Below are positions 1-14,295 of a DNA stretch of 64,000 nucleotides, piece after piece. The stretch lies in assembly GCA_046563655.1 (NCBI GenBank), contig CM102284.1, positions 6,634,001 to 6,698,000 of the forward strand, written 5' to 3'. The translations under genes and the position numbers were made by a program. This DNA comes from Yuukianura sp. NJ FZ-2021. Taxonomy: Eukaryota. Below the pieces are notes generated by a model. It saw nothing but the letters and a program-made list of their open reading frames with translations, made no database searches and was not told where the DNA came from. The number at the start of each line of letters is the position of its first letter. The first letter of the stretch is position 1.

Positions 1-3000
1 CACTTCGAAGTTTTGTCTGTTCTTGTTGAAATGTAAAATGCAACTTTTAATTGATATTTGTCGTTTTTAAAAAAAATTGAAAAAAAAAAGTTTTACAGAA
101 ACACCCACGTTGTTGTTCTTAGGATCAATGCTTTCACGTTAACTTTAACGACCGCCTAGAGACGTCGGCGTCACATTCGTTAGTCGTTGTAGGTGTTAAC
201 GCAAGTAGGTGAGTAGAACACAAACAAAGGTTCTGACTAATCAGTAGTGTTAATTAGTCCCAAATTGTTAATTACTAAAAATACGCCCTATTTCAATTCT
301 TGCGAAGTCTGTAATTTTGTCTTTTCATGAATTCGCTCTTAACGAGGTGTCTGATCCATCGTCACGTTCTGAGAAGGAATTGGAAAATCATTGACAAAAT
401 TCCTGAGTTGACGCTTTTGTCTGCCCAGTTTGTGTCAAAGTCACTTGACTCTTGTGTCAAAGTCATTTCACAAATGTAATATTGTGTCAAAGGTGAAAGT
501 TCAAGTAACTAACTAATCATAGTCATGGAGTTTAAATGTTATGTTAGTTTGTGTGTTTAATTGGCATTGAACTACAAAAGGATGGTAATTAGGCATGGAT
601 TGGATTTCTCTTATTTAGACTTTCTCTTCCTATGCACTTTCCAGAAAACCTTGTGTTTTTCTGTTTTCTCTTTGAAAAAGTTAGGCTAATATGCATAAGA
701 GAATAGAAATAGAAAGCAGTTGTAATTTGGAACACGCGTCAGACAAGTCAAGTGAAGTCATCGTTCCTGTTCTGGCTCCGGTATACCAATGTTTTCTTAA
801 ATTAAAAATTTAACTATTCAATCCTAATCTCCAAAATCGACTTGGGCTTTTGAGCTTCTTCATTTCCCTCAGCCAATATTAATTTCCCGTCGTCAATTTT
901 TCGTCCACGAGGAATAACTAAATTTCTAAATTCCAAAAGAGTCAAAGGCCTTAAGGTTTGAACGTTTTGGAGAAAGTTAAAAAACTGTTGAACAGCTTGA
1001 CATTTTGAAAACTATTTTGTACTTTTCAATTTTCAATTTCAACAGGTTGTTGCTAGACCCGCAAAACGGATGTACCTTATTTTCTCCTGCTTTTTTTTTT
1101 TCAAAAAAAAATGAAGGAAAAAAAGCACAAAAGTGAAAGCGTACAAAACTTTTTTTCAGCAAAATAAATTTCTAAACTAAAAGTGCAGGTTTTCGCTACT
1201 CCTTTTTTTAAAAGTTAAATGTTAGTTGCGCATTAAAAACGCTTCAGGTCAAAACTTAGTTAGTCAACGTTCATGTTACATGAAAGCGAAAACTGTAACT
1301 TTTACATTTTGAGGCTAAAAAAAACTTCGAACATTTGCGAAAAAATTTTATGAGGTTCCCTTTAAACCAAAGTCCTAAAAACGAAGCAAAAATTTGGCAT
1401 TCCATTTCAAAATGAAACTTTTTTTTGCAAACTTGTGCTCAAAGGTGAATGAGAGTTGCTTAGAAAAACAAAAAAAAGAGAAAGTTAGTGAAAGTTTTGA
1501 ATTGAAAAAGGAATGAAGAGGGGATCCTCACCCTTCTTAGGATGAACACGAAAGGTATAGCCACCTAATCGAACATCTTTTCCTAGAAAACCATAAGTAG
1601 CAGCAAATCACGATTTCTCACAAAGACAAAAAACGAAAACCTCCGGTATAGAACATCAAAAAGAACGAAAAATTTTCAAAATTGAGTTTTCCAAACTCAT
1701 TTATAGCTTTTTTCCGGTGTAACTTGTAAAACTAGGTTGACACGGAACTAAAACGCTCTTATGCTGGTCAATTGCAACCACACGCAATTCATTCTGGCCA
1801 AAAAACTTTACTCAACTTTCACCCACATTTTCCTTGTTCTTACAAACGAAATGATGTCATTTCTTAATTGAAATTTCTTAGAATTTTTTTTTGAAAAAAC
1901 GAAATGTCAAAGTGATTAAAATGTAAAGGTTTTACCGTCATTATAGATGGAAGCAAGATGTCCGTGTCCAACGGGGAGCCAAACAAGATTTCCCACAAGG
2001 ATTGAAGTGAGCGTCAGGAGAAAGTGACTTGGTAGCAACAATTTTTGAAAGGAGGTCATATTTTCCAAAATGAAATTCAAAATTTTTCAAAATTTCGAAA
2101 CTTTTTGAACGGTAGAGCTTAGGGGATGATGCGGGGTTGGTGGAGGCGTATAGCGTAGGTGGATCTGCCTAATCCTTTCTCCCAGACTACTTTCTCTCGA
2201 CTGAGATTTTGTGGCTTGGGTGATCCTTCCTTTTGTTTGAGAATTAAATGTTGAAAGGGAGACAAAGGGAGACTTTTGTAACTTCGAAAATGATATATGA
2301 ATTTTCAAATACCGCGCACAAAATACTACTAAATTGGCCTTTTTGTATCTAATACCCGGGTTTTTAAGCTTCAAGCGGGGAACTCAAAAAAAGAGTGGGT
2401 GAAAGCAGATTTCCAAAAATTTCAATACTTTCTCCCACGTACACGCCGCAAAGCAGACTGAAACTGATGAGGGAAGGGAGTGACTCAGACCAAAAGACAA
2501 CTGAATACCTCGGGTAGTTTTTTTTGTGTGGAAGAGGTTTAGATACCCGGGTAGTATGTTTTCCGGGAATTTTATGTTTTATGACTCCTACTGGCACAAG
2601 CACAAGAGCATTTCTGGTCTAGTTTTTCTTTTTTTGGAGAAAAGCCCTGCCCCAGAGTCGTTCTGAGAAAATTCGAAAGGTGTATGCAACTGGTGGAACT
2701 TTTGTTTTCGTGAGCTTTCACTTTTACTTTCATCAACGAACTTTCTCAATTTAAATAAATAATCAAACATTAAAAGTAGGAAGACGCATTTCATTAAATA
2801 CATAGGGTGGCAATGTAAGAACCATTCATTGAAAACCTAACCTATTAAAAACTAAGCTGAGTCTAATGGCTTATGATTTTTTAGTTTAGTATATTATTTT
2901 TAAGCTTTAAAAAAAGCTTACTTGTGGGAGCATTGATCTAATTTTAGGAGTTTTTGAATTGCAGAAACTTAGTTTTGTTTTTTAATGACGTGCTTTACTT

Positions 3001-6000
3001 GCGTGCCCGTCTGAGTCATAATTCTCAAAACATAACTTCAAACTTTGGATGTCAAATTCAAAATTTAAATTGACAGGAAAGGAAAGTTTGAGCTTGTTTT
3101 TGAAAATGACCAATTTGTCGTAAGAGACCTTACGTCAATGGGATTTCGAACAGTTGTCATCAAATAAAAAACAAAAACAGGACAAATCGAAAGTTAGAAA
3201 ACAAAAAACTTTTCCTTGCATTTAAAATTTAAATTGCATTTTGAAAAAATGAAGACCTAAGAGCTGTTGTTTTCTGATGTTTCGTTCTCATATTTTAGTA
3301 GGTAACGTGAGAAGTTAAAGTTTAGCTTGAGTTAAGGTTGAGACAAAGTCTTGTTTAAAGCCAACACATGCGAATATGTTACAGATTTATGATAAACAAA
3401 CATATTTATATTTGATATTTGAGATAATGCAAAAATATGAGACGCACTCTAGAATATAGGCCAAAACTGATGCAAAAATGCCGAAGAAAGTTGTGAAAGC
3501 AAACCGCGGAGGTTAAAAGTGAAAGTCAATGGCGCTCAGTTTTCAAAAGAAGAATCAAATTACATTTCGATAGGTTTGACACTTTCCAATTTCCAAAATT
3601 TTGTTCCCAAAGGTCACACGTCACATGTTCAACTTTCACAATTCTTACACCGTTTTCTTCCGTTTCATCTTTACCTTGATTCAAAACAACTTTTTTTTCA
3701 AAATTGCAAAACTTTCTTTTCTTGCCAAAACAAAGCCGAATGTAGTAAAAGTAAGCCGTTTTTGTTGTCAATTGCCCTAGTTCCAGTCAGTTTTGCTTCA
3801 TTGTTCATCATTTTCAATTCCCACGCATCTAAAACGCTTTCACTTTTTTTCATTGCACCTCAACTTTCACCATTCGTTTCAATTTCATTCACATGTTTGT
3901 CCTGTGTCACTTTGATTATGGAAAGTGAAAGTGGAAAGTTTTCTGATTTTCCAGAAAACTGTCGTCCACACCTCTCCCTGTTCACACCCAGTTAATTCCA
4001 TTCATTTCCCTGCCGGAACTGATCCTCCAATGACACGGCGTCATTAACTTCATCATTGCTACCTAATGAAATTGGAACTATGAAATTTCGAATTCTATTT
4101 CCAGACTCAAATTCCAAATCTTTATGGTAAATCTACACGGGCTATTGAATTTTTATTTCAAAAAGTGAAAGTTTACTGACCAATCCAAACATTCGTCTGA
4201 AACTATAAATGCGATTTTGAAAAAATGAATTTTAAGAATGTGCATATGTAGTGTCTCTTTCAGAAGACTGACAGGAAGTTATTATAAAATAAGTGCTTAT
4301 TATTAATAATTGTTTACTTGAATATCATATACTTTCACTCTAAACTGCACCAAAAAGTTAAACATGTGTAACTTCAGTCTCGACTTTCACTGCATTCCGA
4401 AATTTTGAAAAACAGGATTAGGAAGTTGAAATTTGATATTTTTCGAACAAATGGTACGTGGAGAAACCTCACGTTCGAAGAATTGAACAGGAAAAACAAA
4501 ATTACTTAAAAAAAGTCTAAACTTGTCCAAATCATTTTTAAAAAAATTGAGATGCTAATCGAACCCAGCGACGCATTTCGCATAGATTTTTCATCTCACT
4601 AAAGGAATCCGCATCCAAAAATAAAAAATCAACCAGTACGTCATAGAATTTTCCAAGAAAAAGTATTTTGGGCAAAAAGAATTTCAATAAACTAAATTAT
4701 GGTGAAATTTTCCGAACCGCTTTCACTTTCCTTTTTTTAAATATCAGCCTATGTATCTGCACATTTCCTATTTCTAAAAATGTGAGTTTTGAAATCTAAG
4801 AATACATATACCAAAAATAGTTTCTGAGAAAAGCTATTTAATTTCATCAAAGCTACTTGTTCTGGACTTACTAAAAGCGTAACCTAACATTGTAGTGCGT
4901 GGGATCCAAAAGGTTCTTGTCCCCATACTTTCTCTTTTGTGTCATCATTTTTACGTTTGGTCTAAATTTTATTTGTGGAGCTGTAAATGGGAAGAAGCGA
5001 GGGAGGTTTGGCTTTATCTGCTCCTTCTAAATGGGTTTTCCTGGGTTCCGAGTAAGTCCAAGCGATTAGCTTTCCATTTTCAACAAAGTTCCGCCTTTCC
5101 CTTTCGGATTTCCGTGTCTTTTCAAAATTTTGGTCTTTAGATTTGGCACCAACGAGAAGGCTAGAGTGTCTTACACTACCCTAATGCTCCACTTCCTGGA
5201 AGTAAGTAACAAAATGAAAAGCTTGTATTCCCGCTGACTCATGCCCTTCCTTTTCAAGAATCAAAGGATCATGCTCAAACAAAGCACGTTTCAAATAATT
5301 CTGGATTTATTTTAAACAACTAAAGTAATTTTGAAAAAAAAATTTCAACCTATATTGTTAAAATTGCAACCAAGCTGCGAGGGGTTAACCTCCTAACAGC
5401 GTTTTGCAACTTTTCGAAGATCAAGAAGAAGAAGAAGGAGAAGAAGCTAAACTCGTCTAAATGAGGAAAATTTGGAAATTTTTAAATGAAAAATGGCATT
5501 GAAGTGTTGGTGAAGATGAAATTTTAGGATTTTTCCTTCTTAGATTTCTAGAAATTGAGCATAAAAGTTGTAAACAACAAAATAACTGTTAAGATTTGGT
5601 CATTTTTAATTTAGGCTGATCATCAACACGTTTAAATCATTAGCTTGATAATTGTAGAAAACAAACAAATTAAAAACACCAAATTTCTTGGAAGTGTGAC
5701 CAAAGTCCATGCGGAATTGGGTGTTTTTAATGGAGTGACACCATGAACACTTTGAGCATTTAAGTTATGAAAAGGATAGTGGGGATAACGGGGTCAAATC
5801 AACTTTGGTTGTTTATGACAGTCCTCATTCACATGTACTGAAAATTACATCATCAGCCTATTTAGTTGAAGCTATTTAGTTACTACACTGCAAAAAATAG
5901 AACAACAACCAACATTTCCAGGCCCTTCGTTTGGAATTTGGAAAACATCACGATTTATTTCCTTTCTGTCTTCACTCATGTCAACAATTTTTCCTTACGC

Positions 6001-6140
6001 GTGTAACTCGTATTTGTTTCAATTGCGTTTCAGAACTGCTCGAGACAAGAGAATCGAAACAAGAGCAAAAATTCCAAATTTCCAAATTTTGAAAATATAG
6101 CGTTTTTGGAATTTGAAATTTCTGGAGTTAGAAAGTGTCA

Positions 6141-7816
6141 ATGAAGGTGAAAGGTTGGAGAAAGAAGAGTTCCAGAATGAGCATAGACTCCGTATCGACT
6201 TCTAGCAGTAGCAGCGGTGTGACTAGTAGCGTTGAAATTTGTGCTAGAAATTTACTTGATGTTACGTTCAAATACACTTGGACGATCCAGGATTACCTTA
6301 ATCTCCTCGATTCCAAAGCGGACATTGACAGTCCCACTTTTGATGTAAACAGAAGCTAAATTACAAATTACAAATTACCACAACTTTTATTCTGATCAAT
6401 TTCTTATTTAATTGCACAAATTCTGGCTGAGTTTGTCGAAATTTTAAACAGAAATTCTCCCGTTCGAATCATTTTAAGCATTCATAACCTTCAAAATTTG
6501 TAATTCATTATCAAAATTTTCAGTTTCATTTGAATGGCCTCAGAACGAAATGGTCTTTGGCAATTCGGTACTGGAGTGACGAAGAAGGCGCTCGCCTTTC
6601 AGTAAGTTTTCGACACTTTCATTCTTCAGTTTAGTCAATGTCTAATATTTAAAAAATTCAAATTTTCATAGAATCCGGTTGTTGTTTGCCTAAATTTGGT
6701 TTCTTCCAACTGTGAAAGTCCTGAAGAAATTGAGGTTTGTGATTCGAAGAAAGTTTGGTTTAAATGCAAGAATAGTTTTTCGACCTAACGCGTAACGGCT
6801 TCATGCTTATCCTTAAATTTTCAATTTTCAAAATTTTGAAAAATTCTGCTCCATAGGTTCGCTACCAATTTGGTGTTTGGAATGACATCGTGAAGCAGTA
6901 TGAGATTTGTCCGTTAGACTCCCAGTTGCTTTCACTTTCTGGCCCAGTTTCACAGGATCTCATCAGTGTTGGCTACAGAGAAGTTTGCATTCTGGACCAA
7001 CATCTTCATCGTGGCAAAGATCATGTTGTGGAACTCTTTTGCAAAATTATGGTGGTAAGATTCACAATACCTAACTAAATTTCAACCTAACATTTTTAAC
7101 TTTAACTTTATGTGTATTTAGGTGAGAAGACAAGTAGAAGAAAACACTCTGGCCCTTGACCTTTGGAACAAAATGAAAAATCATGACCTCTGCGACGTCA
7201 CGCTCATTTCAACTGAAGGTGACGCTTTTCCGGCTCATAAAACCATTTTGTCCTGCCGTTCTGAAGGACTTCGGGAGCTCATTTCCAAGGTCACTGACAA
7301 TGAGGTCACGAAGGTCAATGACCTCGTTCATCTTAACTTGCCCACAACAGTGCTCACTGGTCTTCTGCAGTACATTTATACCGACAGAGTAGACCCTCTG
7401 AAAACGCCAAGTGCTTTGCTCAAAGTTGCTGTCAATTTCAAACTGCCTGGACTGAAGGTGACTTTCACCGACTTCAAATTTCACAAAATCCAAAAAAAAA
7501 GTTTCATTAAAAAGTTTGATCTTTTCAGAATATTTGTGAAAAGGCTTTGTTGGATTCGATTACTCCGGTGAACGTTGCCAACCTGTTGATGATTGCAGAT
7601 GCTTTCTCCTGCGAGAATCTCAAAAAAGCAGGATTGGCCTATGTTGAAGAAAATACGCGCTCCATTGTCAAGACCATTGCTTGGAAAGTCATGGAACATG
7701 TGAGTTCCAAAAAAAAACTCTAAATTTCAACTTTTTGAAGAAAAAAACTCCATTCTTGTGGTTTTTCTTAGGTGAATCCTGAACTGTTTGAGGAGGTTTG
7801 TCAATCCCAAGGGTGA
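6141..7816 (+). CDS. MATH-BTB(-BACK) protein, divergent SPOP/roadkill-like Cullin-3 adaptor; 7 coding exons
   Basis: Spliced reading gives a MATH-like part (FKYTWTIQDY...IDSPTF|FHLNGLRTKWSLAIRY), a BTB part (DLCDVTLISTEGDAFPAHKTILSCRS...LLQYIYTD) and a BACK-like part (LK|NICEKALLDSITPVNVANLLMIADAFSCENLKKA). Junctions are GT-AG and the stop is TGA at 7814-7816. Confidence 0.85.
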
Positions 7817-8310
7817 AAGTTGAAACTTTGTTGAGGATCTTGGGATATCATGTGAGAGGATCTTTGGAAGATGAGTCTTTGCCCTGTAGCTTATCCCTGT
7901 GTTCATCTTTTGTTAAATCCCCAATGGACCAATCCTAACCAAAATCTACCCACACGACAAACCCTAGACTTCCTTCTTTCCAAAACTAAAAGTTAGGCTA
8001 GTCTCTGCTTTCAGCTTCCGCTTCCTTAATTAAAATTTACTTTCTCCATGAATTAGGATACAAAAGTTGACAGCGAAAGGAGATACACGGTAGTAAGCAT
8101 ATGGGTCAAGACACACACTGTGCAAACAACGTTTAAAAACTAATTTAATAGCGCCCTAGTACACATTAATTACAATAAACATTAATTAATTAATTCATAA
8201 CTAGTGGTTACCTCAATTAGTATGACGCTTAAATTATTGTTAGCAGTAGATAATGTTAAAATTTATTTAATAACGAATTAATAAATTAAGTAATTTGGAA
8301 TATGCGAGAG

Positions 8311-8548
8311 CAATGAGTGTCGGTTGCTGCAAAGTCGCAGTGCGATTTGTGTTGATTTTTGCATGTCGTGCAGACTGCTATCCAAAAAGTGAACGCTCGA
8401 TTTTGGCCGGATGCTATGCGGATATTATGCGAATCAAAAAGGTTCCCTCCTTTTTTCAACTTTTTTGTGACGTCACGTGTTTTAGCTTGTGACGTCACTT
8501 ATCTTATCTCGCATTCCCACATTACGGCATTCCCATTTTCTTTACCAT
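8311..8548 (+). mobile_element. Dispersed non-coding repeat family, copy 1
   Basis: caatgagtgtcggttgct...gtcgtgcagactgctatccaaaaagt...gtgacgtcac (twice)...gcattccc; the same sequence occurs at five other positions in the window. Confidence 0.85.
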
Positions 8549-9574
8549 GGAAAGTAAACTTTTAAAACGTTTTTTTTTTCTAAAACAGAAATTTATTCAT
8601 TTACATGAACGAAGAGGTGATAATTTTTAGAAACTTCAAATTTTGAAAATTTTTGTCATAAGCTAATTTTTAAAAATTCAAAATCCAATTTTACGAGTTA
8701 ATTAGTACGTACAATCACACCCCGCCTTGAAATTAATTCATTTCAACTTGAAGTATGAGCCAACGTCATTATTTTGGCAAATTGCAATTGCAATTATTTA
8801 GGTCCCGAAGCATAATGAGATCACTTTTTACAAAAACTGAAAGATTTACTACGCATAGATTTGTATTTTGTTTGAGGAGATCTACTTAAGACCGGTCTTT
8901 TTCTTTACAAAAGCAGAGACGACAGTGACCTTTGCCTGCTTCTGTAGAAAATCTTTTACGAAACTACACAAAAAACTCGTCCTTTGAGAAAGCATGAGCA
9001 TCTCCTTAAGCAGAAATTGGGTTTAGCCTATCATTTTTTGCTTTGACAAAGATGCAAATCCACACTGCTCTTACAAATGAGTCCAAATCAATGGAAAAGT
9101 GGTCCAACTTATCTTTTTTCTACAAAAACAGAAGATGATTGTGCCATTTCTGAGTAAAGTTTGTTAAAGTCGCATCAACAGAGTTACCCAGAACCAGAAA
9201 ACGTCATTCCTACTTTCTTACATAAGTTGACAAGTTAGGTTAGTATTTAAAATTGACGATCCATTTTACACCGACCAGTCAATTGTTCTCATTTGAACAA
9301 GCAGACTTTCAAGTTTTTTAAGCAAAAATGCTTAAATCTCTCTTGAATGTGTGAGTTTGTAGTTGGGCGGAAAAGTGGGTACAAGGACGTTGCAAAACAT
9401 TGGACATTGTGATTTTGAAGTAGATTTGCCAGTACTTCAGTGCTCGTTAAAGTGTTAATGAAGTGAACTCAATTAGCATCCATCCAGGAACTAATTAGAG
9501 AAAGTCGAAATTTTCCAAATTTCGCCAACTTTCTAACCCTAAAAGCCTTTTTTTTTTCGAAATCTCTCAAAACA

Positions 9575-12500
9575 ATGGAAAAGGAAGAGGAGTTGCCGGC
9601 GTTCAATAATCCAACCTACGCATCTAGTCGTAGCAGTGAGAAAGACAGTGACTCGGTGATGACGGAGTCCAAAGTGACAAGCGACATTGGCGACACTTCA
9701 TCCATAGATGTAAAAAGTGACAACGTGTCACTAGAACTAAAAGCCATAGACTATAGAAACAGCAGTGGTGAAAGTAGTAGTTCCGGTGCTAGTACTTACT
9801 CTACCAATAGACTTTCGACTAATGAAGATCCGCTGGAAACTCTAAGGAATTTGGCACGTGAAATCAGTCCAGGAATAACTATTGTGCCAATTCGGAGAGA
9901 ATCCATGAGTGACCCGGATTTCAACGCTTCTTTCCCGGTTATTGTCACGAAGAGGTCAACTTCGGGGTCAAATGGCCCCGTGACATGTTCAGACAAACGT
10001 CAAAGCAGATCGGGTGGTGACGAGTCTTACTGGGACATGAGCTTACCAAATCACCAGAAAAGGAGTTCAATTTTATTTGGAAAAAGAAAGTCCTATAATG
10101 ACGAAGTTTTTGATATCGATGAAATTTTGAACCTCAAACCAAAGTATTTTGGATTCACGAAAAAACAGTGGACGACTCTCTTTGTTTTTGCATTTGTGAA
10201 CATTTTTTCAGCAATTGTAATTAATCTGCAAGCTCCGTTTTATCCAGAAATTGCAGAGAAGAGGGGAGCAACGGAAGTAGAAATTGGATTCGTTTTTGGA
10301 TCTTTTGAGTTTGTAGTTTTCGTACTTTCTCCAATTTTTGGAAAATATGTAAGTCAAATCAAAACAAGTCGTTTTATGTTGAAAACCTAACATGAAACGT
10401 AGCCTAAAACTTAATGACCAGCCTAACTTGATTCATAAAGCTTAACACAACCCCAAACCTAATCAAAATTGGCAAAACTTTCACTTTTGGTGTTTTCTTT
10501 TACAGATGAATTCGCTGGGACCAAAAAGAGTTTTCAACATTGGAATTCTAGTGACAGGAACGTGTTCAATACTTTTTGGGTAATTATTATAATAAAACTA
10601 ATTAATTAATATATAAATATATAAAATTATTCATTTTCTTTTTAGTTTTCTGACTTTTGTGGAAAGTCGGGTTGTTTTTGTAACTTTCTCCTTGGTACTA
10701 CGAATAATAGAAGCCATTGGAACGGCCGGCCACGTTACGGCTACTTTCACTCTCATTGCAGTTGAATTCCCAGATTCACTTTCCACCGTCTTTGTAAGTT
10801 CCACCTACGCACAGTATTCCTAACCTACCCTGATTCAATTGAATTCCAATCTCAATTGAAATTTTGAAAAAGTAGACCAAAATTAGCTTTCTTTTCAGCT
10901 TCTGACTTTCACTTTTCCTTTTTTGTTTTTGTGTAGGCTTCAATGGAAACCTGTAGTGGTCTAGGGTATGTTTCCAAGAAATCAATTGTATCTCTCGAGG
11001 TTTTCTCATTTTTCACAGAATTGTTCTTTTGATTCAGATTGATCCTCGGTCCTCTACTGGGAAGTTTACTGTATGAAGCTGGATCGTTCGTGGGACCAAG
11101 TTTCCAGTTTCTCTTGCCTTTCGTGGCTCTCGGTGGGATTTTGTTCAGTGGGGCTGTGATGGTGTACTTCGTCATGCCCACACCTGAGGGAATTCCACAC
11201 AGCAAACACTGTGCCAAGAGGAACATCAATTCTGCAGAAGAAGATCAACAACATCATGGGATCGTTGATCTCCTTAAGATTCACTCTGTTTCGCTAGCAG
11301 CATTTAGCATCTTCGCTACCGCAGTTAGTTTGGGATTCCATTCATCTTCACTGGAACCACACATTAGACAGGTAACAAGGCTAACCTAATGAAAACTTGA
11401 AAAAGTTAGGTTGGTTATGTTAGAAAACAAAGAAATTAGAGACCTTGGAGGATTAGTAATTATTCTCTGAATGATGATTCACTTTCTAATGTATTTTCCA
11501 GTTTGGACTCGAGAATGTTAGCAAGGGAGCCATCTTCATCATCAACGGAGGTACATTAATTGAACTACCTAGAGCATTCTTCCTTTTGTTGTTGAGGTCA
11601 AAGGTCAAACTTGCTCTTTGCATTGTCCAATGTAATCTGTTTGATTTTTGCAGGAACTTATGCAATTACTGCTCCGATAATTGGAAAAATTTGCGACAGA
11701 ACTTCAAACCCGAAAATTGTGATTTTGACTGGAGCTGCGCTCATTTTTTGTGGATTTACGCTCATTGGACCAGCTCCATTCTTTCCATTTGAAACGTATG
11801 TTGAAATTTTTTTTCCAAAATTTCGAAATTCATAAAATTCGAAACTTTCTCTTTTCTAAATTTTCGTTTTTCTAGGATTTTGTGGGTGACATGTCTTGGA
11901 CTGTTCATTCAGGGTTTGGGTCTGTCATGTTCCCTGGTCTCAGCATTTACTCAAGCCATGAGAGATTCACTGTAAGTCGGAATTCAATTTTTAGACACGA
12001 AATCTTAATTAAACTAACGAACTTAATTACATTTTATTTATATTATTTTAATTAAGAACATTTCGTGCAACGGAATCTTAGTTATGCAAATTATACATTT
12101 TTGTGCTAAATGGTTTAGAATTATTACTTAATTAGTAAATTACACAGTAATTATATTATATTAATTTCTGCATGATATTATATTAATTTCTGTATTATAT
12201 TACATTAATTTCTATATTATATTACATTAATTAGGGAAGCGGGGTTTCCTGATGGCGTGAGCACTTATGGCCTAGTAAGTGGGATGTGGATGAGCATGTT
12301 TGCTTTGGGAAACTGCGTTGGTCCAATTGCCGCTGGATTTCTCACACAAGTTTTCAGCTATCGACTGGCATCTCTATTTATTCTAGTGATTCAATTTTTA
12401 GTGGTAAGTTTATTGAAATATAGTATATTTTGTATAATATATTATTCTATTTTATGTATTCTTGCTCTTCCAGATGGGAATTGCTTTAATTTTTATTTGC

Positions 12501-12713
12501 AAATCCAATGACGAGACGAACGATGACTCTGAATTGGAAATCCACGCTGGAAGTGGAGGAGTTGCAGTGAAACAAGCTAAATTTTATAGTGAAATGACCC
12601 CACCTACACTACGTCCTCAACCTCAACAGAAACCTAAGAAAGGTCACCAGAACGTCATTGACAAAAGGTCAGAGGTCAAAGACACCACCGATTCAGAAAT
12701 TGCTCATCTCTAA
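9575..12713 (+). CDS. SLC18B1: SLC18B1-like MFS transporter, paralog A (long Ser-rich N-terminus)
   Basis: Motifs FGFTKKQW...LQAPFYPEIAEKRG, LRIIEAIG, EFPD, LEPHIRQ, LIGPAPF and STYGLVSGMWMSMFALGNCVGP. Multi-exon model with GT-AG junctions; stop TAA at 12711-12713. Confidence 0.85.
11595..11607 (+). promoter_or_regulatory. Perfect DR1 nuclear-receptor-type motif AGGTCAnAGGTCA; others at 12666, 15536 (minus strand) and 42642
   Basis: Exact motif match only; function is not shown. Confidence 0.35.
12151..12232. repeat. Short AT-rich intronic tandem repeat, about 22-bp period, 3-4 copies
   Basis: tattatattaatttctg / tattatattacattaatttct units repeated just before an acceptor of paralog A. Confidence 0.55.
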
Positions 12714-12889
12714 TAGACCAACTGATTTTTCATTCTCTTTTTCAAATTTTGTTCAATTATAAGCACTAAGGTTGTATTTAAACGGGAAAAGTGAAAGTCA
12801 AGGGTTAAAAGGTCAAATAAAATTTAAGTTTTACGTAAATTCAATCGCATCATCAACAATTTTGCCATTCATTGAAATAAAGAAATCGA

Positions 12890-13185
12890 AGTTGAAAATT
12901 TTATTGTTATAACTTAGACGCCACATGAAAAATAAATATTTTCCGACTACTCAAATGGACAAGGGAATGCCAAGTAAGGGAATGCGAGATAAGATAAGTG
13001 ACGTCACAAACTTCAATTGAGTGACATCACAAAAACGTTTAAAGAGGCGGGAACCTTTTTGTTCCGCATAATATCCGCATAGCATCCGGCCAAAATCGAG
13101 GGTTCACTTTTTGGATAGCAGTCTGCACGACACGCAAAAATCAACACAAATCACACTGTGACTTCTCAGCAACCGGCACTCACTG
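12890..13185 (-). mobile_element. Dispersed repeat family, copy 2
   Basis: Reverse complement of the family, ending ...gcaaccggcactcactg; includes gtgacgtcac and gggaatgc motifs. Confidence 0.85.
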
Positions 13186-14295
13186 TTCTCCAATTCCGAA
13201 TTTAAATTATCGTTTACGCTGTGTACTGCTAACTTGTAATTTTTTCTGCACAAGAACAACTCTACTAAAATCTGAACTCAGGATTTTTTTTTGTTGCACC
13301 CTGTGTTTACTTACCAGAACGCTTGCTGAGTAGTGGAAACTAGTAAAATCCAGATTTCTGATGAGGAAGTTTAAGAATTTGTAAAAATTGGTTCGTAGTA
13401 TTGCTTGTTTAAGTGAAAAACCAAGTCTGCAATGAACTTTGGTAGGGAAGCCCACTCCCATCTACCCAATTGCAAACCGGTTTCAATTTCCAGAGGGTTC
13501 TGTTTACTATATACGAAAAGTCAAAATTTTGCTAACTAATTAAATTAAACAGCTACAACGGAAACAGTTTCTTGTTGTTGTTAAAGTTTTAAGTTCGGCT
13601 AACGAGTCTTTTGTCTTTAGCAAACTGCAAACAATTTAAGATTTGAAATCTCCGTGCTATAAGGTTTCTTGAAAGAAGCTGATTTTTAAATTCTGCGTAA
13701 TCCTGAAAATCCTGAGGGAAAAATCCTGAAAATGCGGTAATTCTACACTTGTAGATGTCAATTTCCAAATTGAATTGAAAACTCAATTTAATTCTCTGAA
13801 AAAAACAACAACCCTATTTACTAAATTTAATTTCTTGAGATTGAGGTGGGAAATCACAGACGAAGGGAATTATAATGAAAACTGGTTTCCAAAGAAGTGT
13901 TTCCTTAGGTTAGGATGATACCTGTTGATTTCCCACACATTTTAATGGCTACCTTTGCGTTTTAGTCTTTGTGAAGATGTTAGCAGTTGTGTAGACGCGT
14001 AAAGATGTAGCAGCAAAGTCTCAACGTTAGCATTTGTCATTAGTGATCATTTTATTCTTAAAGGGATCCAATCAACAAGAAAGTACGGCAGTCAGCATTT
14101 GGATTTGAACTTGGCCTACAATTCTTTTTTGACAAAATTTGTAGGTACACTTCAAAATTTTGGAATTACAGACCAAAATACTCAAATTCAAAGTTTCAAA
14201 ATCAGGCTGCTAGACGGTTAGACGAATTTGAAAATTTTGAAATTGAAAACCCCGAGTTGGAACGTCTGATTCCAAAGTCGGAAGTGGCCATTTCA

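Noticed and set aside
1-6100. Short ORFs such as 3519-3995, atacccgggt motifs near 2350-2550 and (GAA)n near 5424
   Set aside because: No recognisable domains or exon chain; probably intergenic or UTR-intron sequence of the BTB gene.
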